Shown here: piece after piece, positions 1-14,287 of the stretch | Layout of the letters: every line of letters begins with the position of its first letter | How positions within the stretch are numbered: position 1 is the stretch's first letter | From: Octopus vulgaris | Lineage: Eukaryota | DNA length: 64,000 nucleotides | Assembly (NCBI GenBank): GCA_951406725.2 | Contig: OX597825.1 | Location: 69,068,001 to 69,132,000 of the forward strand | Reading direction: 5' to 3' | The notes under the pieces: generated by a model | What the model saw: only the letters and a program-made list of their open reading frames with translations | Databases searched by the model: none | What the model was told of the DNA's origin: nothing | Program-made: the position numbers and the translations under genes

Positions 1-335
1 CTCTCTTTTCTCATTCTCTTAAGTTATCTGATCCTCACGATCGATCCAACACATAATTCCCGAAGCATTAATACCATATGATAATCCTTATCTTCTTATC
101 TTCTTTTTTCATTATTTTCCCTAGTGCACATGGTTTTTTTCTCTTTGTGTCTTATTGTTCCAAGTGCACACGTACTCAATGTAAGAAATTGCTTATTTAT
201 TCCTTTGTGACCAATTCTATGATTCCGGCACGAAGCTGGAGTTGTATTAATGGTGTTTTCTCTTTAATTAACTTGTTCATTTTGGTCGCATATTCCCCTC
301 CAATGGTAAGGCGGGAAACCAAAAGAATCGTTAGC

Positions 336-746
336 TATCTATCTATCCGCTCAGTCGAAGTCGACTCTCGGTCACTCGTTGGATCAGTGTCCTCCAGTCA
401 GTTCTATCCTGGGCCGCTTCTTTCAGATTGGCTATGTCCATTCCGGTATCACCCTTGATGGTGTCAAGCCAGCGGGTTCTTGGTCGGCCTCTTCCTCTCT
501 TGCCACTGACCATTCCGAGCATGATGTCCTTCTCCAGGGATTTTCTCCGCACATTATGACCGAAATATGCCAATCTATGCTTGGTGATCCAAGCTTCCCC
601 TCCAAAGCCCAACCGTTCTCCTCACCGTGGTGCTGGGGGTGGCAACGGCATATGATAAATATTTTGGCTAAACGGCTCTGGCCTGGGGAAAGACCTGGCC
701 ACCTACCCCAGTATCCTGGCCAATATACTCTATGGATCAAAAGTGT
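336..746 (-). mobile_element. Short RTE-clade LINE insertion (3' end plus an apparently inverted 5' segment) inside a SINE
   Basis: Minus-strand ORF 343-612 reads RLAYFGHNVRRKSLEKDIMLGMVSGKRGRGRPRTRWLD...AAQDRTDWRTLI, a typical RTE/BovB C-terminus. A (GATA)n tail lies at 336-346. An exact 13-bp TSD, aagaatcgttagc, sits at 323-335 and 747-759. Confidence 0.9.
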
Positions 747-1112
747 AAGAATCGTTAGCGAAGAGGACTAAATGCTTAGCGGCATTGTTTCTGGCTCTTT
801 ATGCTCTGAGTTTAACTTCCATCCAGGTCGACATTGCCATTCATCTTTTCATGGTCAATTAAAAAGATACCAGTTGAGCAATGCGGTAGATGCAGTAGAC
901 TAGCTCTTTCCTACAACATTTCAAGCCCTGCGCCTATAGTAAAAAGATCAAAAAAAATTGTCTCTACTTATGTTAAGGAGGTGAGTTGCTGGAATCGTTA
1001 TCATGCCAGACAAAATGCTTCTAAACATTTCTCCAGTTTTATGTTTTAATTTAAAATTACTCTGAGGTCGACTTTGCCTTTCATTCTTTGGGTTACCGAA
1101 ATAAATAAGTAC

Positions 1113-1393
<281 letters not shown>

Positions 1394-1748
1394 CGTCTGT
1401 CTGTCTATATATCTACCTACCTGCCTGCCTGTCTGCCTGTCCGTCCGTCCGTCCGCCAGTCTGTCTGTCTTCCTGATGGTCGCCTCATCTTTGCAGATGA
1501 TAGCCGTCTCACATTCAACTTGATTGTTCTGATTTGCTGTCATCCTTGTATGTGCACGGATATGACGTTTTACGCCATAGATAGATCACCATGGGATTCC
1601 ATAGAAATCAAATAGTAGAGAGAGACATCCGTACAGCATCGGATTTAAGTGACAAAGGTTTGTACAACACTTTTACTACTCTCTCGGATGCCTTAGCAGC
1701 TTCTAGTGACAAGCAGTGCAAGATATCTAGTATTATTTTGACTGCAAG

Positions 1749-1918
1749 TAAGGCGGCGAGCTGGCAGAATCGTTAGCACGCCGGATGAAAAGTTTAGTAG
1801 TATTTCGTCCGTCTTTACGTTCTAAGTTCAATTTCTGCCGAGTCGACTTTACCTTTCATCTTACCGCAGTAAATAAAATAAGTACCAGTGAAACACTGGG
1901 GTCGATGTAATCGACGCC
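1749..1918 (+). mobile_element. tRNA-derived SINE with Nin/Deu-like central domain (family A)
   Basis: Head aaggcggcgagctggcagaatcgttagc, box-B-like gttcaa, and central cctttcatc...aataagtaccag. Many other copies occur, e.g. ~308-950, 6050-6255(-), 19390-19627(-), 33193-33412, 41538-41702(-), 44455-44635. Confidence 0.85.
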
Positions 1919-1928
1919 TACCCACCAC

Positions 1929-2015
1929 TTCGAGCAAAGCTCTTCTTCAGAAATAAGAAACAGAGGAAAGTCCAACAGAAAAGGAAAACGGAGGAAAAAA
2001 TCGCTAACAGTCCAC
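1929..2015 (-). mobile_element. Penelope-like pLTR fragment with a truncated minimal hammerhead
   Basis: Minus strand reads ctgaaga-a-gagc-ttt-gctc-gaa. The segment is homologous to 36703-36915. Confidence 0.55.
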
Positions 2016-2066
<51 letters not shown>

Positions 2067-2204
2067 TAAATAGATAGATGATAGATAGAGTGAGAGATAG
2101 ACAGACAGACAAATGGATAGAAAGAGAAATAGATAGATTACACGGGCTTAGAATGTAAGGACAATCACCGAAAGATAGAAATATCACAATGTATTACGTG
2201 TATT

Positions 2205-2300
<96 letters not shown>

Positions 2301-2315
2301 CCATGTACACACTTA

Positions 2316-2372
<57 letters not shown>

Positions 2373-2927
2373 GTATGTATGTTTATATACAATACGTATA
2401 TGTATGTATGTATTATATGACATGTCTGTTCTGCTGTTTCATTTATTTGAATTAAACAGATTTCTCCTCGGTCAGACACGCCCATTTCCATTTAATTATA
2501 ATCTGGATGCTTGACCAGAATCCCGTCTTTGTGACTGTACATCAAATGCTTTACTCAAACAAGTAGATTTCGTTATTTATCCTGGCACCGGTAAACTTCT
2601 AAATTCTAAAAGAAACTAAGCTTTAATACGGGCGTCCAGGAGAAATGTTTTTCGAAATTAAATATTGACATTTAACGGTATTATTTCAGTGACTATCACT
2701 CACGTGAAATTGTGAGTTCTATTAGCAACACATCTATAATTGCATCTGTGTTTTATCACCGTCTATAGATGAACTGGATGAAGGTTTCCGTTTAATTTAT
2801 TTACTGTGAACTGACACGTGTATGTAATTGATATTAAACAAAGAAGAAACGGCAAATAGACGGCGGGCGTGTTCCAAGCATGAGGTTTACTGGTCGACGC
2901 TGAGATTTAATGAATAATAGAATATAC

Positions 2928-2958
<31 letters not shown>

Positions 2959-3146
2959 ATATATGCGTATACATGTACGTGTGTATGGTGTGTGTGTTTG
3001 TGCGTGTGTGTGTGTGTGTTTCTATCGTCTCACAGACTAGATCGGAGACCAACAGTATATTGGAAAGCAGAAAAGTGCGAACGCCTCGAAAACAATATAT
3101 ACTGAGGTAAACAATGCGGTCGACGATACTCGTTTAACGAGTGCTC

Positions 3147-3147
<1 letters not shown>

Positions 3148-3198
<51 letters not shown>

Positions 3199-3246
3199 GT
3201 AATAGTAAGAGTAATAATAATAATAATAATAATAGTAATAGTAAGA

Positions 3247-3330
<84 letters not shown>

Positions 3331-3360
3331 GTAATAATAATAATAATAATAATAGTAAAA

Positions 3361-3420
<60 letters not shown>
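3148..3420. repeat. (AAT)n microsatellite
   Basis: Directly visible. Similar arrays occur at 3978-4105, 5650-6043, 6740-6915 and 57215-57563. Confidence 0.98.
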
Positions 3421-3423
<3 letters not shown>

Positions 3424-3977
3424 GCCCTGATGCAGTACCAGGCAGTGGCTCTCATGGCTTCTGATCTTAACTGATTGGAAGTGTTATCATGTACATTGTT
3501 TTGTCTTGGTATAAAAGATGGGCTACAGCAAATATTCTGCTCAATACCACAGATTTGCTTGTCAGTTGTTTGACTGTAACCAGTTGAGCATGTCCCTTAG
3601 TGTCTGACGATATGTGCATCTCTGATCACGAGCAGAAGTAGTGGGGGAGCATCATAGCCATGTGTTGAGAGGGATTCTTTGAGGTTTGAATAATTCACCT
3701 CTGGAAACATGGGTGGTTCTTTCAACATCCTTAAACAACCCTTATTCAGGGACCTTTTGAGCGGGATGGGCTACTCAACCTGAAGAAAATTCTAACTGGG
3801 CCTCACCTGCAAGGTCATGTGCTGTTTATCTTGATATGAGATCACCATGTCGCGCACATATGGTTGTGATGCATGTGCCTGGTGTACCCTTATCAGACGG
3901 GTAGTCATGATGGGTATATTGGGCTTCGTATATTTTACCCCAGTGTCACTTTGATGGCATGAACTGCTCTCTCACTC
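3421..3977. mobile_element. ~560-bp non-coding interspersed element embedded in (AAT)n
   Basis: Unique sequence flanked on both sides by (AAT)n. A partial, internally deleted copy lies in reverse at ~55880-56170, also next to (ATT)n. Confidence 0.75.
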
Positions 3978-3987
3978 AATAATAATA

Positions 3988-4044
<57 letters not shown>

Positions 4045-4062
4045 GTAATAATAATAATATTA

Positions 4063-4101
<39 letters not shown>

Positions 4102-4128
4102 TTACTATTATAAAAATATTTATTAGTA

Positions 4129-4925
4129 TTATTTCTTTATTGACCACAAAAGGTGTATACCAAGAAAAGCATTATGGACGGTACAGGACAAAGCATTGAA
4201 TGCGTGTATATTTGTGTATGCGTGTGTGTTGTGATGGTTTTGTGTGTAAGCAGATTTAACTTAAAAATAAACATTTTAATAACGTGTAATCCGCAACAGA
4301 GAGAAGTTCATGAAAAACCACAGTGCCCTGGATTTTGTGGCAGGTGCCTTTTCTCGGTTCTTTACCTCCGATTACAAGAATATGCTCAGGGCAGGCCCGT
4401 TTACTCGCAGCATCCTCGTCACTCTTATCCACCTTTCAACAAAATGGCTAGAGGCGACACTTCTCTCTCTCCCCTTATTGGCCAAATAAGAAAAGTATTT
4501 GTCTCCAGCCCCTTCAATATCGTCCACCATACAAACATTTTCGTCTTGACCACCAGGTATATAAAAACTGCCTGCTCTTCCGATTAAAGCAAGGCAGCTG
4601 AGCGATCTTCACGATGGATTCATTTGATAGCCGGAGCCGACCCACATGCGAGAGCAGGTTTTCGACATAAGCCCACTTGTCACACAGTGCTTGGGCACTG
4701 GAAGAGTGCATGCAGGACGGTTACGTCGTCCTGTGTGCACCTCGGACATGCTCGGCTGACAGCAATTCCGTCCCTGTAAAATTTATCGAGAAAAGGCAAA
4801 GCTCCCCGATAGCACTGCCAAGCCAGGGATTTCTGGTAGTTATCAATCAGTCTGGGGCTGAAATTTATCCGGAAGAGAGCAGTTAGCTGATTGTCTTCGA
4901 CAATCAAATTTTCCCCAAGATTGGC
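4129..4925 (-). mobile_element. Tx1/L1-clade LINE 3' fragment (zf-RVT region plus 3' UTR)
   Basis: ORF 4680-4907 reads AWQCYRGALP...ACPRCTQDDVTVLHALFQCP (C-terminal CCHC zinc knuckle) with a frameshifted continuation. The 3' end caccttttgtggtcaataaagaaat abuts an AAT array. Confidence 0.85.
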
Positions 4926-4979
4926 AGCGTACTTTCCCGCCGCTTATCCTCTAATAATAAAAACAATAATGATAATATG

Positions 4980-5290
4980 GAGCATAACAAGTCAGATAAA
5001 ACAATAATAAACAAGGAAGATTGAATTTACATACTTATCGACCCGTGGTGTACATTTGATTTGAGATTGTGAAGAGAGCTGATGAAAAGCTGAAAAAGTA
5101 CAACCCCTGTAATTTGAGACTGGGAGGATTTGGAGCACGAAATTTGTGAAGATTAAGCATGTAGTAATTAGTAGTGAGTGTTGATGATGAAATAGACTAA
5201 TGAATAAAAGAGATTGGAAAGGAGTGTCCTGTAGAGGTTTGCTTCTAAGTAACAGGAAATATCATTAGAAGTGTTTTGAATGCTTGACGA
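4980..5290 (+). pseudogene. Degenerate restriction-like endonuclease C-terminus of an R4/Dong/NeSL-type non-LTR element
   Basis: Frameshifted fragments translate to LIDPWCTFD, DEKLKKY, GRIWSTKFVKIKHVVI and TGNIIRSVL. Confidence 0.6.
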
Positions 5291-5823
5291 CTAATTGAAA
5301 TTAAGTGGATATTTAAGGTTACAGGTAGTAACAACATGCTACCTGCATAATTTCTATCAAAAATAAGATCAATCCAGCAACCACAAGAACAACAACAATA
5401 ATAATACTCCTTTACTCTTTTACTCTTTTACTTGTTTCAGTCATTTGACTGCGGCTATGCTGGAGCACCGCCTTTTAGTCGAGCAAATCGACCCCAAGAC
5501 TTATTTTTTGTAAGCCTAGTACTTATTCTATCAGTCTCTTTTGCCGAACCGCTAAGTTACGGGGACGTAAACACACAAGCATCGGTTGTCAGGTGATGTT
5601 GGGGGGACAAACACAGACACACACACACACACACATATATATATACATATATAATAATAATAATAATAATAATAACGATGATGATGATGATGATGATAAT
5701 AATGATGATAATAAAATAATAATAATAATAATAATAATAAAAATAATAATAATAAGAATAATGATAATAATAATGATATTAATGATAATAATAATAATAA
5801 TATTAATAATAATAATAATAATG

Positions 5824-5854
<31 letters not shown>

Positions 5855-5901
5855 TATTGATAATAATAATAATAATATTAATAATAATAATAATAATAAT
5901 G

Positions 5902-5935
<34 letters not shown>

Positions 5936-5988
5936 TATTAATAATAATAATAATGATATTAATAATAATAATAATGATGATGATGATG

Positions 5989-6044
<56 letters not shown>

Positions 6045-6576
6045 CCTTTCTTCTAAAGACACAAGGCCTGAAGTTTTTCGAGAGGGGGCTAGTCGATAAC
6101 ATCCACCTTAGTTTTTCCTCTGGCACTTATTTCACCTACGCCGAAAGGATGATAGGCAATGTCGACCTCGGCGAAATTCGTAATTAGAAGACTGACGCAA
6201 TGCTGCTGAACATTTTGCCCATCATGCTAACGATATTGCCAGCACGTCGCCTTTAATAGTACAAATATTAACAATAACGTGTCCACAGACTTTTTAATGG
6301 AAGACACAGTGTTTGTTTGCTACTTGCGAAATATTGATTTGTGGAGCTTATTGATGTCTTAGTATATATAACTAATAAAGCAGTAGGGCCTATTGCTCTG
6401 ACCACGTCTATACTTTCGATCAATAGATGGAGTCGATTACATCTTATAATTGACTGGTACAGTAGCAAATTATAAAATGCACCCCCATACATATAAATAC
6501 GTGTATAGTAACTTTTGTAAATATACACATAGACATATATGTACATCTATATGCATATATGTTTGCCTTACCCTCT

Positions 6577-6650
<74 letters not shown>

Positions 6651-6738
6651 TGGGGAGACAACCGAAAGAACGACGCACATAAAACATTTAGTAGGAGCTA
6701 CATATTTATAGCAGTCTGATTTGGCGGGGACTGAATCA

Positions 6739-6782
<44 letters not shown>

Positions 6783-6806
6783 TAATAACTGTAATAATAA
6801 TAATAA

Positions 6807-6882
<76 letters not shown>

Positions 6883-6915
6883 TGTAATAATAATGATAAT
6901 AGAATAATAATAATA

Positions 6916-7276
6916 ACAAGAGCGCTCAGAGAGCGCAAACCTCCGCCAAGGCTACACCAGCGACCTCTCAGTGATTAGCTGGAGAGTTGGTTTTTAAAAT
7001 GAGAATATCTGAAATAAACTCGACTACTCTCACAAACGAGAATGCTAAAAATGAACCCAGCTGCTCTTAAAAATTAAGTAAAAAAAAAAAAACGGAAAAA
7101 TAATCCAGAATCCTTGTCTGGTACCGGATTTATCCCCAAATCTAATCAGTTTGTGTAAGTCACGATGCTAGACATTCCCTAAAGTTTTATCGGAGTCCAT
7201 CCAGCGGTTCTTGAGATATCTTTTCCACGGTCAAACAAACAGTCAAACAATCAAACAAACACGACTGAAAACAATA
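6916..7276 (-). mobile_element. Helentron-associated (DINE/HINE-like) non-autonomous element
   Basis: Terminal acaagagcgctcagagagcgcaaacctccgccaagg hairpin/subTIR motif, aatccatccagcggttcttgagatat-like segment, and (caaa)n followed by gaaaacaata. Confidence 0.6.
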
Positions 7277-7308
7277 TACACACAAACACACACACACACA
7301 CACACACA

Positions 7309-7381
<73 letters not shown>

Positions 7382-7390
7382 TATAAAGCA

Positions 7391-8357
7391 AATAAACAAC
7401 AAGGATATCCAGGTATTAGTGCATTACGGCCGTTTCAAGCGGCTCCATTTAATCGATCAATGCAAGCATTACATCAATTTGAAATACACTACCTTCCTCG
7501 GATGCATAAGACCATATAAGTTTTCAACCTACAGGATACTACATAATTTTTTTAGCAAATTTTTCGTCAGAACCAAAGAATAAAAGAATTACATTCTTCT
7601 TGCTTTTATTGTAGCAGAATAAACTTAGGGCGAAAATACCCCAACTATAATTTGGAGTGGCAGAAGCGAATAACAATGGGAGTCAAGAGATGGTAATATA
7701 GCTACATTTATCCTTCTCCTTATCGCACTCTAAAGATCTAATGCAGCAAGTATTCTACATCCACTTAGAATTAAAACCACAGGAAATTGACAGTTAAGTT
7801 CTAGCTGTTGGCGATAAATTAATTATAGTCAGATACTCTTCCATATCCCTATTTTACTGTGACTATAAATTCGCCAGGACTACATAAAGGAACATGTCTC
7901 AGAAGATGCCAGTAAAATAATGGTATATGTTCAGGAAGAGGGAAGGTTAGGGTGACATAAACCATTTTATTATTATTATCAGTTAAAAGGGGCCTAAAAT
8001 AAAATAAAAAGAAGTCACTATAGGATCTAAATGGGCATTAAGGGTAGAGAGGAAGACGTATATTTAGATGTATAAATGTAAATTTAGCAAATTTAACAGT
8101 TGGGGTTTTTTCTTCCTAAGTTCGTTCTCCTACAATAAAAGCAACAAGTATGTAATTGTTTTATTCCCTAGTTCTGACAGAAAATTTGCTAAAAAAAATT
8201 ATAATGGAGTATCCTGCACGTTGAAAATGTATATGGTCTTATGCATCCGAGGAAGGTGGTATACTTGAAATTGATGTAATAATTGCTTTGATCGATTAAA
8301 TGGAGCCGCCTGAAACGGCCGTAATGCACTAATGCCTGGACTTACTTGTTGCTTATT
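7391..8357. mobile_element. Fold-back/MITE-like element with ~255-bp inverted arms
   Basis: 7391-7646 is the imperfect reverse complement of 8098-8357, e.g. ccttcctcggatgcataagaccatata / tatatggtcttatgcatccgaggaagg. Confidence 0.9.
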
Positions 8358-8455
8358 CACTTTACTTCGAGGTGTGCGGATAATACTGGATTGACTAGGT
8401 GCCTCAACTTAAGTACCTAATTCAACCGAATTTTAATAATTTCTGATACATACAT

Positions 8456-8541
<86 letters not shown>

Positions 8542-8565
8542 TCATATTTATATAATGTACTGATC

Positions 8566-8770
8566 CGAGGTGGTGCTGAAAAGTTCCTAGCTTTAAGGGT
8601 GTCGCGAAAGGCCTGGCTTTTTACAGGGCTTAGAATAAAACTGAAGGATTGCTGCGAAAAATGTGTGAATCTGAGAAGGGAATATGTTGAATAAAATCAT
8701 AATTAACTCATTCTCCCGTATTTTATTTTACCCAAAGCCAGAAACCTTTTATATGCATATATCCCTCGTG
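8566..8770 (+). mobile_element. mariner-derived MITE
   Basis: TIR gtgctgaaaagttcct...agccagaaacctttt. Internal sequence encodes the mariner C-terminus KCVNLRREYVE*. Further copies lie at 32422-32637 and 58497-58698. Confidence 0.75.
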
Positions 8771-8825
8771 TATATATATGCACATAGAAATACACACATG
8801 CACACATGAAAATATATACATATGA

Positions 8826-9209
8826 TGGAAGCACTCCGTCGGTTACGACGACGAGGGTTCTGGTTGATCCGAATCAACGGAACAGCCTGCTCGTGAAATT
8901 AACGTGTAAGTGGCTGAGCACTCCACAGACACGTGTACCCTTAACGTAGTTCTCGGGGATATTCAGCGTGACACAGAGAGTGACAAGGCCGGAACTTTGA
9001 AATACAGGTACAACAGAAACAGGAAGTAAGAGTGAGAGAAAGTTGTGGTGACAGAGTACAGCAGGGATCACCACCATCCCCTGCCGGAGCCTCGTGGAGC
9101 TTTAGGTGTTTTCGCTTAATAAACACTCACAACGCCCTGTCTGGGAATCGAAACCGCGATCCTATGACCGCGAGTCCGCTGCCCTAACCACTAGGCCATT
9201 GCGCCTCCA
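8826..9209 (-). mobile_element. tRNA-derived SINE family B, tail type a
   Basis: Head ggaggcgcaatggcctagtggttagggcagcggactcgcgg...ggtttcgattccc with A and B boxes. A plus-strand copy lies at 34465-34850. Confidence 0.9.
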
Positions 9210-9605
9210 TATACATATACAAATAGATAAATAGATAGCTAGATAGAAAAAGAGATAGAGTGAAAGGCAAAGAGAGAGATAAAGAGGAATATATGGGAGA
9301 TGCGTATAGCAGTTGCGTTTGCATATGTGAGTCGTTCCAAAAACGTAATTTTATTGAAATCGGTGGATAACCACTCATGCGAAATACCTCTCTTCTTGAT
9401 TCCTTCCTCATGAAATTTTCATCTTCTAGAACAAAAGCAAAATTATATATTAAGTTTTAATACGTAATGAAGTTCTGTAAATACAAGGTTAGCCTTTCTT
9501 AATTTCGTTTCAAATATTCTTTTGAAGTCAATGGCAAAACGCCAATTATTTTTAAAAATCTATCTTTTGAAAAAAATATATGCGCTTTCACATGTATAGG
9601 AAACC

Positions 9606-9636
<31 letters not shown>

Positions 9637-9782
9637 TGTATGTATGTATGTATGTATGTATGTATGTATGTATGTATGTATGTATGTATGTGTGTATGAC
9701 TATGCCTAAATGTATGCATGTTTATGCATGAATGTAACTGTGCGTGTATGCACAAACGCAAATGTGTATGCATGTATATATG

Positions 9783-9830
<48 letters not shown>

Positions 9831-9832
<2 letters not shown>

Positions 9833-9960
9833 AGGGTTGGACAAAATAATAGAAACACCTTAAAATTTCAAACAAATTTATTTTAATATGGGGTGGGACA
9901 GCCTTTGGCAGTAATCAAAGCTTGTATTCTATGAGGTGTAGACTCGTACAAAGTTTGAAA
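9831..9960 (-). mobile_element. Terminal fragment of the Tc1 family seen at 48256-49438
   Basis: ta|caagggttggacaaaataatagaaacacc...gactcgtacaaagtttgaa matches 48256-48385. Confidence 0.8.
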
Positions 9961-10399
9961 AATGCCGAACTAATCTTCAAAATGTTATATATATTTTACG
10001 TATATGATTTTAGCACTTTGAAGACTAGTTCAGCATTTTCTCATTTGCTGCCGACTGAAACTGCGGTTGCGCGGTGAATTTGTGTGTGTTTTGTGTGTGT
10101 GTGTGTGTGTGTGTGTGTCACACACGCACATACACACAAAGTCTCTCCCTTTCTCCTTATTCCTCACCCTCTTTTACTATCCTATATCTCTCTCCACCCC
10201 TACACGCTCAATAATAATATAAAAAGACACGCATCTCCTCAAAAAATTCAAATCTGAAGAATTCACTAGAGTAGATGCAAGCGCTAATATGTGATTTATA
10301 AAATACGTGACATATTAATAAAAATCTGTAAATGTACAACCATCAAGATTTTTGAGTACCTTTTTTCTAATATATAATACCTGTACATCACCTCCATCC

Positions 10400-10456
<57 letters not shown>

Positions 10457-10689
10457 ATGGATGTATATATATGTATGTGTGTATCAATTTATTATCAGAC
10501 AATACCTCATGAAAAGTATATTACACATACACAAACGCACGGACGCACACACGCGCACACAGACACACACGCACACAGATATATATTTATATGTGTGTGT
10601 GTTTGTGTGTTTGTGTGTGTTTATGTGCGTGTGACGACCAAGGCGCACATATGCCAAAGAAAACGTTTAGCTTGAAAAATGGCACGTAT

Positions 10690-11860
10690 AGAAATATTTA
10701 ATTCCCGAATAATTTCGTTTGACATTTACATTGACACGAGAAGCTATAAGTGGAATCAACAGTAGCATATTACCCGTATATATTAGAACCTACAAAAAAG
10801 CATGTAGATTTTTTTATATCCTAGAAATAGCAAGCAAATCTCTGTCAAAGTACACATTATTACAAATTCTTTTAGCGGTATTCGTACCGCCAATTAGATA
10901 GGCTCTTATATTGATTACAGTCGAATGAAAAGCGAACTGGAGCCTTTCATCCTCTTAGAACCAGCACATGTATTGTATTCTTCTTTGCTATTAATTTAGA
11001 CGTAAATACTCGTAGATACCACAATAAGACAACTAAAATCTATTCTACCTGAATAACAATTCCAATCAGCATCTCTACAATCGTAAAACTCTTGGTAGTA
11101 ACATTTGTAAGAGATTATCCAGCATATTCTTCGACAAAGAAGCATTCAGCTGTGATAGGCTTTATAGCAGTGTTTCATAAAAGAAGGCAGATCCATAGAA
11201 AAAAATAATTACAATAGATGCCAATGTATAAATCTGAATAACATTAATAGAAACGTAGGGCGAATGTTCAGTATAAATGAAGCATGCAACATAGCTAGAT
11301 ACTTGCTAACACTGACAAACAATCTCCATCAATTACAACCCACACATGTTGTCCAATGAAAGTAATGTAAAAGTCAGTTATAAATGCAAGGACAATGTTT
11401 CCACTTTTGTAGCTGGAAGTAATAGAAACAGTAACACTTGCAAGCGTAGCAAACACTTCCTATTGAATGTAGCTGAAAAACCGCCATATTCTGACAACAC
11501 AGCAAGTGCCTAACACATGCAACAACAAATCGAAGGTGTTACCGGGAACTTGTAATAACGAAATATATACTGTAGTGATAGTGAAGAGAATGTGTTGCTG
11601 GTACTTCTACTCCTTCAGATATAGAAATAAATGACATTCTACTTTCGGCAATATATCTGGAAAATCAAGGAAGAGTGATTCGACAGTATCGTAAAATTCT
11701 GATTTGTTTTTACCCAAACATTTTCCTTATGTCAACGGACAAAAAATGATGCGTGCCTTTGTTGGTTGAAAAGTATATGATTATACAGCCGTCTGAGATA
11801 CCGATGAAAAAATCTTAACTTGTTTTGAAATTCAGACGCGAAAATAAGCTCCTTCATATA
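10690..11860 (+). pseudogene. Decayed Penelope-like retroelement (RT end, linker, GIY-YIG region)
   Basis: Interrupted fragments NVKVSYKCKDNV (cf. KISYSCMPN), a Cys-containing linker remnant, PYVNGQK, LVEKYMI and FRRENK (cf. CRHENK). Confidence 0.6.
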
Positions 11861-12225
11861 CACCACACAGGAGAACATCTTACACGTACATGTGAATATC
11901 ATGTCATGTGACAATTGGCATAGGTCACAATTAAACAATGGTAAGCAAAAGAATATTCTGAGATACCTCCGGACGTATTGTTTGAATGTTATTCATTGCA
12001 GAGACCCTAAATAAACACACTTGTTTCCATATATGTGAAAATATATGAAATGTATGTGTATGTATCCATATTTATATCTATAACACACACAGACACACGC
12101 ACACACACACCAACACACACACAAACACACACACACACACACGTACACGCACACTCACATTCGTATATATATATATATATATACACATATAATGACGTAT
12201 ATATATGTGCGTATATATGTATGTA

Positions 12226-12278
<53 letters not shown>

Positions 12279-12464
12279 GTGCATATATATATATATATAT
12301 ATGTATTTATGTATAAATGTGTGTATATGTATGTTCATATAAATATGTATATCTATCTATATCTGCATATGTATCTATTTCTCTCTGTCCCTCACACATA
12401 TGCATATATATATACATATATATTGATACATATGTATATATGCGTGTATATATATATGAGTATG

Positions 12465-12516
<52 letters not shown>

Positions 12517-14095
12517 TACTCTTGTAAGTACCAATGTGTGTGTGTGTGTATGTGCACGATTGTGTGCATGTGTGTGTGTGTTTGGCGGGTGAATGCGTGC
12601 GTCGGTGTCTTCTCTGTGTTTACAAGCCTCTGTATGCTTCGACGCATTCGCATTCACACACACACACTCACACATTCACACACACATGCACACACAGACA
12701 CACACACACATATATATATATGCATGTATATATTTTCTGTGTGTCGGTCTGTCTACACATTTTAGCGTATCAGGTATATGTGTTCTAGTTTTAATTACAT
12801 CTCGTTCTTAATCACTCAAACACTTGTAGTAATTACACTTATTATGGCGATCAGTTAAATGAGAAACTGTTCTGACGAGAAATAGTTTGAAATAAAACTG
12901 ATAGCAGTAAGATTTGTTAATTAGGAAGAAGCCCACATATATAATTTGATTGATGGCCTATAGCTATTTAGATCTTGCTTCATCATTTTTTGAAATTTAG
13001 GTTGCACTGAAATTAGGTTGATTAAAAGATGAAAGCAATGATGCGACCGACGTGGAAATATTGAAGAAATGCTGGGCTTGCCTTTGCATAATTGATCTAA
13101 ATATAGTAATTAAAAGATAGACTGGAAAGTGCAAACAAAATGGTAAAAAGAAAGAGAAGGGTGTGATAAGAAAAATAAAAAATATTCTGCTACTTATATT
13201 AAGTAATACGAAAAAAATATAAATAATGTCTTGACTTGTGTGATGTGGCAAAAATTCTTCAAAGGAAATAAAAGAATCTATATTTATTGAAAACAATAAC
13301 AATTTGGAACGAATCTGTCTATTTAACTATCTTTAATTGATATTAAAAATCTTTGCTGAGGATAGCAGTAAAGTATACAAACAGTGGATTCTCATTAGAA
13401 AGCTATTGAGAAATTCGATAGAATATTGGGTTATTGTAGAAGTCTATGGTAGAGTCAGTAGTATGCTGGATTGTTATTAGAAGCAAAGGGGTGAGTCTTA
13501 TCTGTCCCAGCGTGACCGCAGTCCACTAACTGAAATAAGTAATAGAACAAAAGAATTAAAGTCGTGTCAAATCAGTCTCCAAACAGCGTTTAAAGAGACT
13601 CGTTCTGCTGACCGACGGAGCATTGTCATTATTAGAGAGACTGAAAAACTATCGCTTTATGTGACGCTGTGTTCATTGTCTCGCACAGTTAATAACTCTA
13701 TAGAAGTGTATCGCCGTCTGAAAATCACTGTCTTCCACTAACAAAACTATATATTCTGATCAGCTGTCATTCTGTAGTGATTTACACAAGAGAGAAGAAT
13801 AAAGTGGATATCGTTTCATATTTGAGACACAAGTGTTACGAACTTAGAAAATATCTTTATCATTTATCTTTTACACGGTTCAGTCATTTGACTGCGGCTA
13901 TGCTGGGGCACCACCTTGAAGGATTTTAGTCGAAACAATCCACCCAAAGACTTATAATTTTTTAAAGTCTATTACTTATCCTATCGATCTTATTTGACGA
14001 ACCGCTACGTTACGGGGGCATAAACATGCCACCACCGGTTGTCAAGCGGTGGTGGCGACAAACAGAAACAGACAGACAGATAGACACACACACAC

Positions 14096-14180
<85 letters not shown>

Positions 14181-14287
14181 CATATATATATCCTACATGT
14201 ATATATCCTACCTACATATAGCAACAACAGCAACAGCAATAGCAGCAAGAACAACATACACACATGTCAATCGAAATCCATCAATAG

